In this document: positions 51,578 to 64,000 of the stretch, piece after piece
How the letters are laid out: every line of letters begins with the position of its first letter
Numbering within the stretch: position 1 is the first letter of the stretch
Assembly (NCBI RefSeq): GCF_006345805.1
Contig: NC_043003.1
Span: 2,294,001-2,358,000, forward strand
Length of the DNA stretch: 64,000 bases
Origin: Octopus sinensis
Taxonomy: Eukaryota
Direction of reading: 5' to 3'
Made by a program: the position numbers and the translations under genes
The notes under the pieces: generated by a model
Databases searched by the model: none
The model's input: the letters and a program-made list of their open reading frames with translations, nothing else
What the model was told of the DNA's origin: nothing

Positions 51578-52017
51578 TACAGGGTGGCCCAAAAGTAGGT
51601 TTACAATTATTCAACTATGTCTTTTGCAGTTTAGATCTTAATTATGGCACATAAAATACACCAATCTGACCGTGGCCGTTGCCAGCCCCGCCTGGCACCT
51701 GTGCAGGTGGCACGTAAAAAGCACCCACTACACTCACGGAGTGGTTGGCGTTAGGAAGGGCATCCAGCTGTAGAAACACTGCCAGATCAGACTGGAGCCT
51801 GGTGCAGCCTTCTGGCTTCCCAGATCCCTGGTCGAACCGTCCAACCCATGGAGAACGGACGTTAAACAATGATGATGATGATGATGATGATTTGAAATTG
51901 TTATTTTATGCTAGTTTTGTTAATTGCAAGATAGAAATTTAAATGTAATAAAATGTTTTAAAAGTAATTTAAAGTGCCGACATGATAGCCGTCAACCTAC
52001 TTTTTGGCCACCCTGTA
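51578..52017. mobile_element. Tc1/mariner-type MITE with nested RTE 3'UTR (about 51645-51890)
   Basis: 24-bp TIRs tacagggtggcccaaaagtaggtt / aacctactttttggccaccctgta. Confidence 0.85.
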
Positions 52018-52399
52018 TATACTCTCTTTTACTTGTTTCTGTCATTTGACTGCGGCCATGCTGGAGCACCGCCTTTAGTCGAGCAAATCGACCCCAGGAC
52101 TTATTCTTTGTAAGCCCAGTACTTATTCTATCGGTCTCTTTTGCCAAACCACTAAGTGACGGGGACGTAAACACACCAGCATCGGTTGTCAAGCAATGCT
52201 AGGGGAACAAACACAGACAGGCTTCTTTCAGTTTCCGTCTACCAAGTCCACTCACAAGGCATTGGTCGGCCCGGGCTATAGCAGAAGACACTTGCCCAAG
52301 ATGCCATGCAGTGGGACTGAACCCAGAACCATGTGGCTGATTAGCAAGCTACTTACCACACAGCCACTCCTGCGCCTATATATATATATATATATATAT

Positions 52400-53030
52400 A
52401 TATCAAATCAAAACAAATCAAAATAGATGAACATCAATGGAATATGTATCTTTGTGGTACCAGTGCCGGTGGCACGTGGCACATAAGAAAACCATCCGAA
52501 CGTGGCCGTAGCCAGTACCGCATCGACTGGCCTCCGTGCTGTGGGCACGTAACAAGCACCATCCGATCGTGGCCGTTTGCCAGCCTCATCTGGCACCTGT
52601 GTCGGTGGCACATAAAAACACCATCCGAGCGTGGCCGTCTGCCAGCCTCGTCTGGCACCTGTGTCGGTGGCACATAAAAACACCATCCGAGCGTGGCCGT
52701 CTGCCAGCCTCGTCTGGCACCTGTGTCGGTGGCACATAAAAAACACCATCCGAGCGTGGCCGTCTGCCAGCCTCGTCTGGCACCTGTGTCGGTGGCACAT
52801 AAAAAACACCATCCGAGCGTGGCCGTTTTGTCAGCCTCGTCTGGCACCTGTGTCGGTGGCACATAAAATCACCCACTACACTCTCGGAGTGGTTGGCGTT
52901 AGGAAGGGCATCCAGCTGTAGAAACACTGCCAGATCTGACTGGACTGGTGCAGCTTTCGGGCTCCCCAGACCCCAGTTGAACCGTCCAACCCATGCTAGC
53001 ATGGAAAGCGGACGTTAAATGATGATGATG
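52400..53030 (+). mobile_element. RTE 3'UTR-derived element with about five tandem ~60-bp units
   Basis: Repeated ccatccgagcgtggccgtctgccagcctcgtctggcacctgtgtcggtggcacataaaa, then family core and (TGA)n tail. Confidence 0.9.
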
Positions 53031-53344
53031 ATATAAATATACATATTTGTCTATTCTGTTTGTCCCCTCCCCCACCATCACTTGACATCCGATTCTGGTG
53101 TGTTGACATCCCTGTAACTTAGCAGTTCGGCTAAAGGGAACAATAGAATAAGTGCTAGTCTTACAAAGAATAAGTCCTGGGCTTGATTTGCTCGACTAAA
53201 GGCGGTGCTCCAGCATGGCCGCAGTCAAATGACTGCAACAAGTAAGAGAGTAAACAAGATTGTATTGCTTTTGATAACAGTTAACCATACATTCAAATAT
53301 TCCTGCTCTCAACAACTCTTTTGTTTCCCACTTTTCCGTTCCAG

Positions 53345-53392
53345 GCTGGTGTTCGTCAACTCTATGTCCAACTTGACCATACAGCCATGTAA
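53345..53392 (+). CDS. SLC30A7: ZnT7 exon 11, terminal coding part (AGVRQLYVQLDHTAM*)
   Basis: ttccgttccag acceptor; matches the human C-terminus AGVRQLYVQIDFAAM as recalled; total CDS 1107 nt = 368 aa plus stop. Confidence 0.95.
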   Translation, partial: AGVRQLYVQLDHTAM

Positions 53393-55475
53393 TGGCATTT
53401 CTTCCTTTATGATGTTTGAAGAGATCTGAATGTTCAAGAACAGAGGAATCACAATGGATTTAGTTGGTTATGATTGTCTTTATTTTTATGCTGTGTGAAT
53501 GAGGCTGGGTCTGTGAGAATCTATCAAAACTTTTGCTTTGATCTGGAATTTACCGTCTTGGTTCCTGACTTTAAAGTTTCTTTTTACGAAGGAATTCAAT
53601 GCATGTTTCTCAATCAGGAACTGTACTTTTGTACAGATTTATTTCAAAATCTTGAGAAGTCTACATCTAAAAGAACTCTAGCAGAGAAATAAGAATAATA
53701 AAAAAAACACAAAAATATCTTTCTTGATCTCTATTTTTTAATTATATTTTTTTATTATAAGGTATTTAGTCTGGAATCATTTGACCAACAAAATATGTTT
53801 TGTTGGACTAACGATAATAGATTAAATATTTTATTCACTCTCAGACTTTTCGTTGAGTTCTTTATTCTACGTGGTCAGACCAGGCTTCTTTTGAACTTGT
53901 CACCCTTGGAATATTTTTTGTTATACATATATATATATATATACTTTAAATTTACTGGGATTATTTCTATCTTATTTAGCAGGATTAAAGCACTAATTTG
54001 CTTTTACCTAAAAGGACATGCGATATAATTATATATCTTCAATAAAAATGGTGTTTCTAAACTAAATTTTCATTACATTCAGCGAATATATTTTTGTTTA
54101 CTGCTGCTTATATTAATTCTTCAATGTTAAAGGAATTAATTAGGTTAGAAATTACAACTTTTGGGCATTCTTATTTCGTTCAAGTTCTTCCTAGCACTAA
54201 TCAGACATTAGTGAAATAGTTCTGATTACAACACAAGCTCTCCTAGGGAGAATATTCTACTCATTGTAAGAACAGTGAAATAAGGATGAATATAGGTGGA
54301 GATACCAGTTGGTATCATCTTGTTGTCTTTTGCTGGGACACTTAATGAATTGACAAGTCCACCTAGTTCTCAGAATGTACAGTCAGTAATAATTCATTGC
54401 TGTTTACAGTGGTACCACTTTGCGATTAGTGAGTAGCTTGTTGTTGGAAGTGCTGAGTTCAACTTCTTTGAAAGGAAGTCTGTTTGTGATGGTTCAGCAA
54501 TCTATCCAAGGGAATATTTATCTCACTTCTCAATATTTTGGAAACCAGGGATAAACATCAATCCTAAGGATTTTTACAATCTAGGGAAAATATTGAACTG
54601 AGCAACAAATTAACACTTCTTAGTCATTTAAAAAGAATTATTATTTAGTTGCAGATATTTATGTTTGTTCTAAATTGCCATATTTTATTTGCTTTGAACA
54701 AATTTCGAGTAAAAATTCAGATTGCAACATTTGTGGAAAAGTCAGTAAAGATATTGCGACCAGTTTCAAAACAAGAATCATTTAAAAATTTATAATAATA
54801 ATAATAATGTTGGCGGAGAGTGATAGTTTTATCAAGCATACATTCATGCATCATTGTATTCATTTCCATTTTGTTTTATAAAATATTATTCTATGCTAAA
54901 GAGTGTGTCAAAATATTTCATTATACATCTCTATCACTTATTTCACTGAGAATATACCATTCCAATGATGTATAATTTAAATTTTGACACATTCGAGCAG
55001 TGATGCACAGCTCGGTCCCTCCCCATAGACCACCATTTGGGATATTCCTTTGAGGACCCTCAAATTTTTAAGGGTCCACATTGAGTTTATGTCCTACCAT
55101 GTTGTAATATGCAAGGAAAAGTAAATTCACATGTGGTGGTTTGTGCACTTTTCTTCATGAATCTAGTGGAGCACCTTCTGTAAAAGACTGTGCATTACTG
55201 CTATACGATAGAATACATAGAATATATATATATATATATATATATATAACACTATTGCAGATTAAAACAGAATTGTTTATCAGAGAACACAAGAACAATC
55301 TCAGACGAAGCCAATTGCCAAATCAGAACAACTCTTAACATATTCATAAACAGAAAGAAACTGTCCAGAATAATCAAATGATAGACTTCCCATGAATTTT
55401 ATTTTTTAATAAACTAAATCCATCATAAGGGTCAATGCCCTGTAAGGCCCTGTAAGTGCTTATGGACAATTATAT

Positions 55476-55481
55476 AATAAA
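55476..55481 (+). terminator. Candidate distal poly(A) signal of ZnT7
   Basis: AATAAA followed by GT/T-rich sequence at the end of a repeat-poor 2-kb tract; alternatives at 53697, 54041 and 55408. Confidence 0.3.
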
Positions 55482-57589
55482 ATGTTTTCAATATATTCAA
55501 AATTCTAGTTTAAATTGTTATTTTTGTTTACATCAAACAAAAGCATTTTTTTTCTTTTGTTTTTGACTTGTTAAATTTTCTTTCTGAAATTTGTTTATTA
55601 ACACATTTCTGAAGCCTTTAAAAAAAAAAAAAAAGGGTTTCATTTTATTTTCTGTTTACTAACTGAATGTTTTTCTGTTCTGTTACTGGTTTCTGTCTTT
55701 GACCTGCAACAATGCCTGGTGGCCACTTGACCTCATTCCCATCGTTTTGGTCAATCATATTGACCCTACGACTTCATTAATCTCTATTCAACAAATGGTT
55801 TAATTTTGATCTAAAAGGAAACAACCTTGTTACCCCAGAATCCACCCTGGCCCCTCCATATGTTTCTGGCCATTCTGAGTAACTTCCTTGTGTTCGTTTT
55901 TATTTAACTAACGTCACAATTACCTTTGCCATAATTGTGTTTTTCTCTTGGCTGCTGGACAAAGGTTAGGATGATTGCTGTGCTGATGACAGCTACTGAG
56001 GCAGAAACATGTGTCCACAACTGTCTTATTTCCAGACAACAAACCTGTCTTTTTCCTTGATGGTATTTTGACTTTGGAAGAACATTCGATTCTGAAGATA
56101 ATCTCCCTTCCTCAAGTGTAGCTGGTCTTAGTTGCCATCTGATGATTATGTCACATTCTGTAAAGGTGGAGATAGGGTTTAATAAAGATTTTGTGCTGTA
56201 TGAAATTTGATATACCTGTGTGCGTCTGCACCTGGACCTCCCCAAACTGGACACCAATATCTGAGCATTGTCCAATCCTAGTTTAGTGTGGTGTAGTGTG
56301 CAATAAGAGCCATGGGATTTTATGCAGTTTCCAACTACCAAATCCATTCACAAAGCATTGGTCAGTCTGGGAATCAAATTTTTTTTCCCCACGAGAGTTC
56401 TGGACCCTAGTTATGAATCATTTGCATACAGCCAATCAGAGCTCATCTATGCTTCTTTTCTCTTTTAAGAATGCTTCTTGTTCCTGTTCCAACCATGGCT
56501 GTCTCTGCGTAGTTATTTGTGTTGTTGTTTACTTTGTAAAACAGTAAGAGGAGAGGGTTGCTAGCACATCACCCTCTACCCACATTTTCTCCATCCACAT
56601 CTTTACCATAAGGGGCCCTAACAAAATCCGATAACAGGTATAGATGCAAACCCATCTAATTACTTGTCTCCTTCTAAAATCAGGCAGAACTTGGCGATCG
56701 GTCGTCTTATAAGACCGCTCTTTGTCTTGAGTTTACCTGGTAGAGTGTGTTTGTTAACTTGACAACAAGGTCAAGGTGAGCTCTGATTGGCTGTATGCAA
56801 ATGAGTTCATTACTGGGGCCCGGAACTCTCATGGGAAGAAAAAAATTCACATCCGAGACTATTGCAGAAGACACTTGCCCAAGGTGTCATGTAGCGGCGG
56901 GGCTGAACCCCAAACCGTGTGGCTAAAAAGCGTACTTCTTGGCCACACAGCCATCCATGTGCATGATTACATAATTAGATAAATAAAATGAGGTAACGGA
57001 AATAACGCCTAAATTGTCTTTTATTTGACTGCGGCCATGCTGGGGCACCACCTTGAAGGGTTTTAGTCAAAGCAATCAACCCCAGAACTGCTTTCATTTC
57101 AAGACCTGATACGTATTCTACTGGGTTCGGTTATGGGGCTACGTAAGCACACCTGCACCAGTTGTCAAGCAGTAGAGAGGGGCAAACGGAGACCAAAGAC
57201 ACACATCATCATCATCATCATCATTTAATGCCTGTTTTCAATGTCGGCACGGAATGAATGCTTTGACTGAAAACTGTTAAGCCAGTTCCAGTCTGATTTG
57301 GCATGGTTTCTGCACCTGGATGCCCTTCCTAATGCCCACCACTTTACAGAGTGTCCTGAGTGCTTTTTACATACCACCTGCCTGGGTGCCCCTTGCCTGT
57401 TATGAAACACTGGCATTAGCCACAACTACAACCTCATTTGGCTTCACAAGTCTTCTTCAGCATGATGTATAGCCAAAGGTCTCAGTCACTTGTCACTGCC
57501 TCTGTGAGGCCCAAAGTTCAAAGGGTGCTTTTTACATGTGACTAGCATGGGTACCAGTTACACAACACTGGCGTCGGCACACTGCTATA

Positions 57590-58170
57590 TCAGGAGGGAT
57601 AGGGAGCTGTCCACTATGTTCGAAGGGAGGTACACTGATATGATATGCTTGAGAAGGCCTGTTGAGTCAAGTGAAACCAATATCGTAGCTGGGGCTTGTG
57701 CCCCCTGGCTGGCTCCCGTGCTGATGGCACGTAAAAAGCACCAACTGATCATCACCGATGCCAGTGCCCCCTGACTGGCTCCAGTGCCTGTGGCATGTAC
57801 AAAGCACCAACTGATCGTGGCTGACATCAGTACCCCCTGACTGGCTCCTGTGCTGGTAGCATGTAAAAATTACTGACTGAGCGTGTTCACTGCCAGGCCT
57901 GCCTCGCTAGCTCCGGTGCCTGTGGAATGTAAAAAGCACCAACTGATCGTGGCCAATGCCAGTGCCCCCTGACTGGCTCCTGTGCCAGTGGCACATAAAA
58001 GCACCCACTACACTCTCGGAGTGGTTGGCATTAGGAAGGGCATCCAGCTGTAGAAACACTGCCAGACCAGAATGGAGCCTGGTGCAGCTGTTGGCTCTCA
58101 AGACCTCAGTCAAACCGTCCAACCCATGCCAGCATGGAAAACGGACGTTAATTGATGATGATGATGATGG
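57590..58170 (+). mobile_element. RTE 3'UTR-derived element with five diverged ~62-bp units
   Basis: Repeated ctgactggctcc..gtgcc.gtggcacgtaaaaagcacc, then core and tail. Confidence 0.88.
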
Positions 58171-58444
58171 ACTTCTTTCAATTTGTCTACCAAATCGACT
58201 GACAATGTTTTGGTTGGACCAAGGCTCTTGCAGAAGACTCTCAATTTATTTTGAGAGTAATACATTGAATAATAAAGTACAAAAACTAATCATCTTTCAC
58301 TTGTTTTGCTCATTGGTCTGTGGTCCAGCTGGAGCACCACTATGAAGGAATTGTTTTGATCATGTCAACCTCAGGGTCTATTTTCAAGCCTGGTTCTTCT
58401 TATTTTGGAAATCTCTATTTGTCTCACTGCTAGGTTATGGAGGA

Positions 58445-59030
58445 TTACCATGCAGCAATTTTGTGCTCACATCAACATAAAGACAGTGATAGACCCATGC
58501 ATCAATAAATATATATACCTATGGTGGAATGTCTCAGTGAAAACTTTGATAAAATGTAAACATAATAGACCTGACATTGTGATTTGGGATAGAGAAGAAA
58601 AACAGAACAGTTGTGGAAATCATCTGCCCAGTGGATGTTAACATAAAGCTGAAGATCAGCGAAAAAGGGAATACCTATGCTGAATTGTTGAGAAATCTGC
58701 TGTTACTCTACCTGGATTAAAAGTTCAGGTTTATACCTGTAGTTATCGGGGCCCTGGAATCTGTAACACTCTGCCTAAATACCAATCTTGAGAAATTAAG
58801 CTTCTCAAAACCAGAAAAGAGAAAGCTAATTGGAAGACTACAGATCCAATCCATCACTGGAACTGTAAAAGTCTGTAAAACTTTCCAGAAGTTTAGCATT
58901 TAAATATATATGAGCATGTCTAGATATGTAGCTATATGCACGAGAATACATGCATAAAACATACAAATCTGCACATGCAATGACTGCATGCATACATACG
59001 GAAATATTCTGTTGATATTGTTGAAATTCC
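58445..59030 (+). mobile_element. RLE-type (R2/R4 group) non-LTR retrotransposon 3' fragment
   Basis: HNRPDIVIWD...VEIICP...FIPVVIGAL, a PD-(D/E)xK endonuclease pattern; stop at 58901-58903. Confidence 0.85.
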
Positions 59031-59869
59031 AATGAAGGAACCTTGGATCCAGGTTAGAAATTGGCTCTTTCGCTATTAACAAGAAATCTTGAAATAAAAC
59101 GGTATAATGGTGCACATGCGTGCACACAAAGATGCAGATATATGCATGCATAAATAAACATCCGTATATGCAGTTGTCCAACATGTTTTCATTTGTCAGG
59201 ATAAAAACAAGTTTTGGTACAGGGACAAGAGAGGGGGGTAAATTTAGTCTCCCTGCAGCCAATTCCTGTTACCAAACAGTTTCATATTGGCAAATGAACA
59301 ATCATCAGATATGACTGAATGGAAGAGCACAGCTTGGGCTCTTTATTGCTAGAAGCTGAAAGCCTCTTCATTTCAGATATTTTATAAAAAATCACAATGA
59401 AACGCGTTGATGAAAAATTATGGCTTTCTCTTAAGGCTATCAGAGTTATGTCCCTTTGAACGGTATTTTTTTGCCCCCCCCCCCCCCAGCAGTGTCTTCT
59501 ACATTCAAGTTCGAATCGTCCCCTCCAGTTTTTTTCATATGTCTTTGTAGGGTGTCTGTGTACTTTTAAGGAGCAGTTATAGCGTATAGCACCATTTTTT
59601 CTTTATTACTGCCTTTCTTTACTTGCCCTAGGACTGTTTTCCTCTCTCCCTTTTTTTTTTACCGTTTTTCTGCCGAATTACAGAGCAGCAGATCACTGAA
59701 TCCGGCAAAGTCGTCACCATCGTCTTTACATTCCAAGTAAATTCTGCTGGGGTCAGACTTGTCCTTCATCCTTTTGGGGTCAATGAAGAAAGTACCACAT
59801 GAGCACGAGGTTTGATCTCATCAAATAACTCCTTCCTACCAAATTTCAGGCCCTGTGCCAATAGTAGAA

Positions 59870-59871
59870 AT

Positions 59872-59903
<32 letters not shown>

Positions 59904-60535
59904 CTATTATTATTATTATCATTGCATTTGCACAGCTTCTAACGCTAGAGATGTGCTACAGTGTCAGCTGTTCACTACCTGTGAACTAAGGTAACACCTC
60001 TTCTTTTTCAAGCACCTTCAGGAGTATTCGGACAGTTCCAAGCAGTGCTGTTCTCTACAAGTGCTCCACCCTTATTGCAGGCCCTATTTGTTCCACGTAC
60101 TTCTCGAGATTTTTGCTCACTGATCCCAGGGCTCCGACAATTATTGCTATTACTATTACCTTTTCCATCGACCACAACTGCTTTACCTCCCAAGCTAACC
60201 TGTCATATCATTCGACTTTTCTTTCTTCCTTATTGCATCCCTTGTTATCCAGTTTGTTTTCTTTCTCAATTAAGACTATGTCCGGCTTCCTATTCTCTAT
60301 CTCATGGTCACACTGAATCATAAAATCCCATAGGATTTTTGCATTTTTATTTTCAATAATGCCTTTGGATTTGTGGTCGTACCAATTTTTTGCTCTGTGA
60401 AGTCCATACTTGTTGCTAAGTGTCCAATAGACAAGCTTGGCTATATTGTTGTGGCTTCTCTTATATTCCTTCTGGGCTAGTGGCATACATTGGCTGGTAA
60501 TATGCCATATGGTTTCACCGTTTTGTTCACAGATT
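59870..60535 (-). mobile_element. R4/Dong-like RLE LINE 3' fragment with (AAT/AAC)n tail
   Basis: CCHC knuckle (C..GETIWHITSQC), KILWDF, RKPDIV, IIVGALG, TALLGT; internal deletion. Confidence 0.88.
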
Positions 60536-60869
60536 GTCGTCATCATTGTCATCGTCATCGTCGTCATCGTCATTGTCATCATCATCATCATCATCATCAT
60601 AGACACCAGCACGACAGGCCCTCATGCCAGTGGCATGTAAAAAGCACCCACTACACTCTCGGAATGGTTGGAATTAGGAAGAGCATCCATCTGTAGAAAC
60701 TTTGCCTGATTGGATTGGAGCTTGGTGCAACTTTCTGGCTTGCCAGTCCTCAATCAAACTGTCCAACCCATGCCAGTATGCAAAGCGGACGTTAGACGAT
60801 GACGATGATGTTGATGATGTTGCACCGTATACAATATCATGAGGTTGGCTTTGTACTGTTTATCAAGTC

Positions 60870-61580
60870 GCAACAAGGACCTCAGACAGACAGTACTTTA
60901 TGCAATATGCGTGTAGTTCCAAGTAATGTCACCTTTTGCAAGACATCTAGATTGTAGGGTATTTCTAAGGTTTTCAGATGTTTTTTTCAGGTTGGTTGGT
61001 ATTGAACCCAAAGCCCCGATGACAGTAAGGAGCATTATGTTCGACTCTCGTAACTTTCACATCTTAGCCATCTCAATTCCCAATTTATCAACTTTTTCTC
61101 TTTTATGATGATGTCTTCATCTCCTGGCACTGCCCTGTCGACTATTAGGCACTTTTGTTTGTCCCTCCTAAGGGTTACTATATCTGGCTTTCGGGGCTCT
61201 AACACCTTGTGTATCTGGGAGTCAAAGTCCCAGAGGATTTTTGCCCTCCCCTTTTCATCCATTACCTTTTCTGGTGTATGTCGGTACCAAGCACCCGTAA
61301 CCTCATATCCATACTGCCAGCATAGTAGTCAATAGAGGTTTTGGGCTACCTTGTCGTGTCTATGCTTGTTCTCTTTCTGCACAAGACCTTCACAAGCACT
61401 AACAATGTGAGTCACACTTTCAATCCTCTTCCCACACATTCTAAAAAGGTCCGTTCCACTTGTGTGGTATACATTCCTTTTCACTGAATTGGTATTCAAT
61501 GCCTGGTCCTGGGCAGCGATGATTAGGCCTTCAGTATTCTATTTTAGGTCAACCTTATTAAACCACCTCCATAATGCATC
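60870..61580 (-). mobile_element. Second R4/Dong-like RLE LINE fragment
   Basis: TEGLIIAAQDQAL, RHDKVA, KILWDF, RKPDIV, TLLGTTRIL across broken frames. Confidence 0.88.
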
Positions 61581-62746
61581 AATTGTTAGCACACCGGGAG
61601 AAATGCTCAATGGTATTTCATCTTACACTATGTTCTGAGTTCAAATTCAGCTGAGGTCGACTTTGCCTTTCATCCTTTTGGGGTTGATAAATTAAGTACC
61701 AGTGAAGCGCTTGGTTCAATGTAATTGACTCCAAATTCCAGGCCTTGAAAGGATTATTGTCATTATTATTAAATTGGTGCAAGGTGGTGAGCTGGTGGGA
61801 ATGTTAGCACTTCGGGCAAGACGCTTAGTGATATTGCGTTTGTCTTTATGTTCTGAGTTCAAATTCCACAAAGGTTGACCTTGCCTTTCATCCTTTCGAG
61901 GTCGATAAATTAAGTACCAGTTGCATAGTGGGGGTGATCTAATCGGCTGGCCCCCTCCCCCAAAATTTCGGGCCTTGTGCCTAGAGTAGAAAAGCATATT
62001 TTCCACTAAGGTTGACTTTACCTTTCATCCTTTCTGGGTTGATACTGGGGTCAATCTAATCGACTGGACCCCTCCCCCAAAATTTCGGGCCTTGTACTTA
62101 GAGGAGAGAAGATTATTAAATAGGTGCAGGTGAAACTGTGTGTCCAGAAGCTTGCTTGCCAACTGCATGGCTCTGGGTTGAGTCTTGTCCTGTGGCATTT
62201 GGGGTGAGTGTTTGCTACCAAAGCTCTGAACTGACCGAAGCTGTGTGAGTGGATTTGCCAGACAGAAACTGAAAGAAGCCTGTCGTGTGTGTGTGTGTGA
62301 ATTTATACATATGTATGTGTGTTTGTGTTTGTCCCCATCACCACCACCACCACCACCACCACTTGACAACCGGTATCGGTTTGTTTACATCCCCGTAACA
62401 TTAGCAGTTCAGCAAAAGATGTCGACAGAATAAGTCCTGGGGGTGATTTGTTTGATTAACTCCCTTCGAGGCGGTGCCCCAGCATGGCCACAGTCTAACG
62501 ACTGAAACAAGTAAATCGTAAAAGATAAAAGACAACTTCACAGATACATTAACGGAGATTGATGAGAAGCAATTGTCTTCCGGTGATGGTGATTGCTATA
62601 AAATGGATTCAGTCTCCATTCTCTAATGTTCCTTTCCCATGCTGACGTCCGTTAAATAGAAATAAATCTCTGGTTCGTTCTTTGTTCTAAACTTGTGCTG
62701 GATTCGCAGCTGACGAAGGTTTAATTACTTGGCTGTGAGAAAGACT

Positions 62747-62824
62747 GATTGATGAAAACGACTGATGAAAACGATTGATGAAAACGATTGATGAAAACGA
62801 TTGATGAAAACGACTGATGAAAAC
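62747..62824. repeat. 13-bp minisatellite (GAYTGATGAAAAC)x6
   Basis: Six units read directly. Confidence 0.95.
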
Positions 62825-63411
62825 AATGAGATTTTGTCCCTCTAGGGTTTAATGCCACAACATTTGGATGAAATTTACTGCCTCGGCCAGAGCAATCGTC
62901 ATCATCATTGTCATCATTTTCACTGTTGGCACCCCCCCACAACCATCATCATTATCGTCGTCACCATCGCTACCACTAACACCACCATCACCACCACCAC
63001 CACACCACCACCACCACAACCACCACCACCACCATCATCGTCATTTCCCACCTGCTTTCCTCGCTGGCATCGGTTGCAAAGTCCATCCTCATCCGCCATT
63101 TCACAGTTCTGTGTCTGACTCTAGCTTTCCATGTCTGACTTAACTTCTGTCCCATCGTTATTTCTGGTTATTAGATCTTGTGAACCCTCGTTTCGGGCTG
63201 GTTTATGGATGCAGGCATGGCCGTTGGGTTACAAGGTTTGCTCCCAAATAAGGTGATTTGGGGTTTGGTGCCCATTCTGTAGCACCTTGGATGTGAATCT
63301 TCTGCCGCTGCCCTGGGGCAAGCAAAAGCCTTCAGTGGATTTGGAGAACAGAAATTAAAAGTGGCCTGTTGTGTGTGTGTATGCGTGCGTACGTGTGTGT
63401 GTGCGTGCGTG

Positions 63412-63451
<40 letters not shown>

Positions 63452-63455
63452 AGTG

Positions 63456-63979
63456 TACCGTAAATCCTCAAGTATAATCTGCATTTTTTCCCCCAAAATT
63501 TAAAGGTCAATATCCCTAGTGTGTACTATATACGAGGTTAAAAATGAAAATTATTTTCTAAGCAATGTCCGAGTCTCTATTTGCTGTCCGGCAATGTTTA
63601 TTCAGACGCATTTTTGTGATGTTGGGCGTGAAAATACCTTAAGCTAAGTCTGAAAGCAATGAAGTCATAAAAGAATCATCCATAACTTACAGTAAGCAGC
63701 ATTTATTAAACGTTATTACTGTTATTTCTTTATTTTCTGCAAACAAAATGCACAAAAAAGCTACACGTTTGCATTATTTTATATATACATTAATAATAAT
63801 AACAAAGGACGTTACCGTATAGAGTTTTACAAACCAAGGACGTTATATAGAACTCCTTGACTCAAGTTGGAGAAGGGATGCGTATTATACACAGGGTTTA
63901 GGTTTTTCAGAGGTACAGCCCCCTAAAAATCCCCTGCGTATAATACTCAAGGGCAGACTATACTCGAGGATTTATGGTA
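63456..63979. mobile_element. pogo/Tigger-like MITE
   Basis: TIRs taccgtaaatcctcaagtata / tatactcgaggatttatggta; TA ends. Confidence 0.82.
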
Positions 63980-64000
63980 TATGTTTGTGTGTATTTGCGT

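Noticed and set aside
52408-53002. Overlapping Cys/His-rich repetitive ORFs (also 38405-38959) and a CRISPR-like look of the ~60-bp arrays
   Set aside because: They are translations of RTE 3'UTR tandem units. The units lack unique spacers, there are no cas genes, and the context is eukaryotic.
55680-56300. ORF 55904-56347 as a gene
   Set aside because: Starts inside a SINE and has no recognisable motifs or splice pattern; left unassigned.
62710-62745. CTGACGAAGG as a hammerhead start
   Set aside because: No complementary stem II or correctly placed GAAA.

Overview
AT-rich, repeat-dense animal genomic DNA. The repeat families look like those of an octopus/coleoid cephalopod, which is an inference from the repeats only. 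One complete gene can be assembled by hand: an 11-exon SLC30A7/ZnT7-type zinc transporter on the + strand (ATG 17781, stop 53390-53392, 1107 nt CDS, 368 aa). All its splice sites are GT-AG and in frame, and both HxxxD zinc-ligand motifs are intact. The rest is mostly mobile DNA: about 30 RTE-LINE pieces (one young copy with a 596-aa open ORF), two CR1-type LINE fragments, three RLE-type (R4/Dong-like) LINE fragments, several tRNA-derived SINE families, hAT/mariner/pogo/piggyBac MITEs, a Helitron-like element and microsatellites. The best candidate for an undescribed system is a short element present at four loci. It combines a Pol III tRNA-like head, a minimal type I hammerhead-like motif, and a Penelope-style inverted-copy-plus-35-nt-tail layout with target-site duplications, suggesting a SINE mobilised by a Penelope-like retroelement. 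Also notable are an in-frame triplicated splice acceptor at ZnT7 exon 8, a 1.44-kb foldback element, inverted RTE 3'UTR pairs bracketing exons, and an RFX X-box/ETS promoter with hints of a divergent transcript. Exon coordinates were counted directly; most repeat boundaries are approximate.
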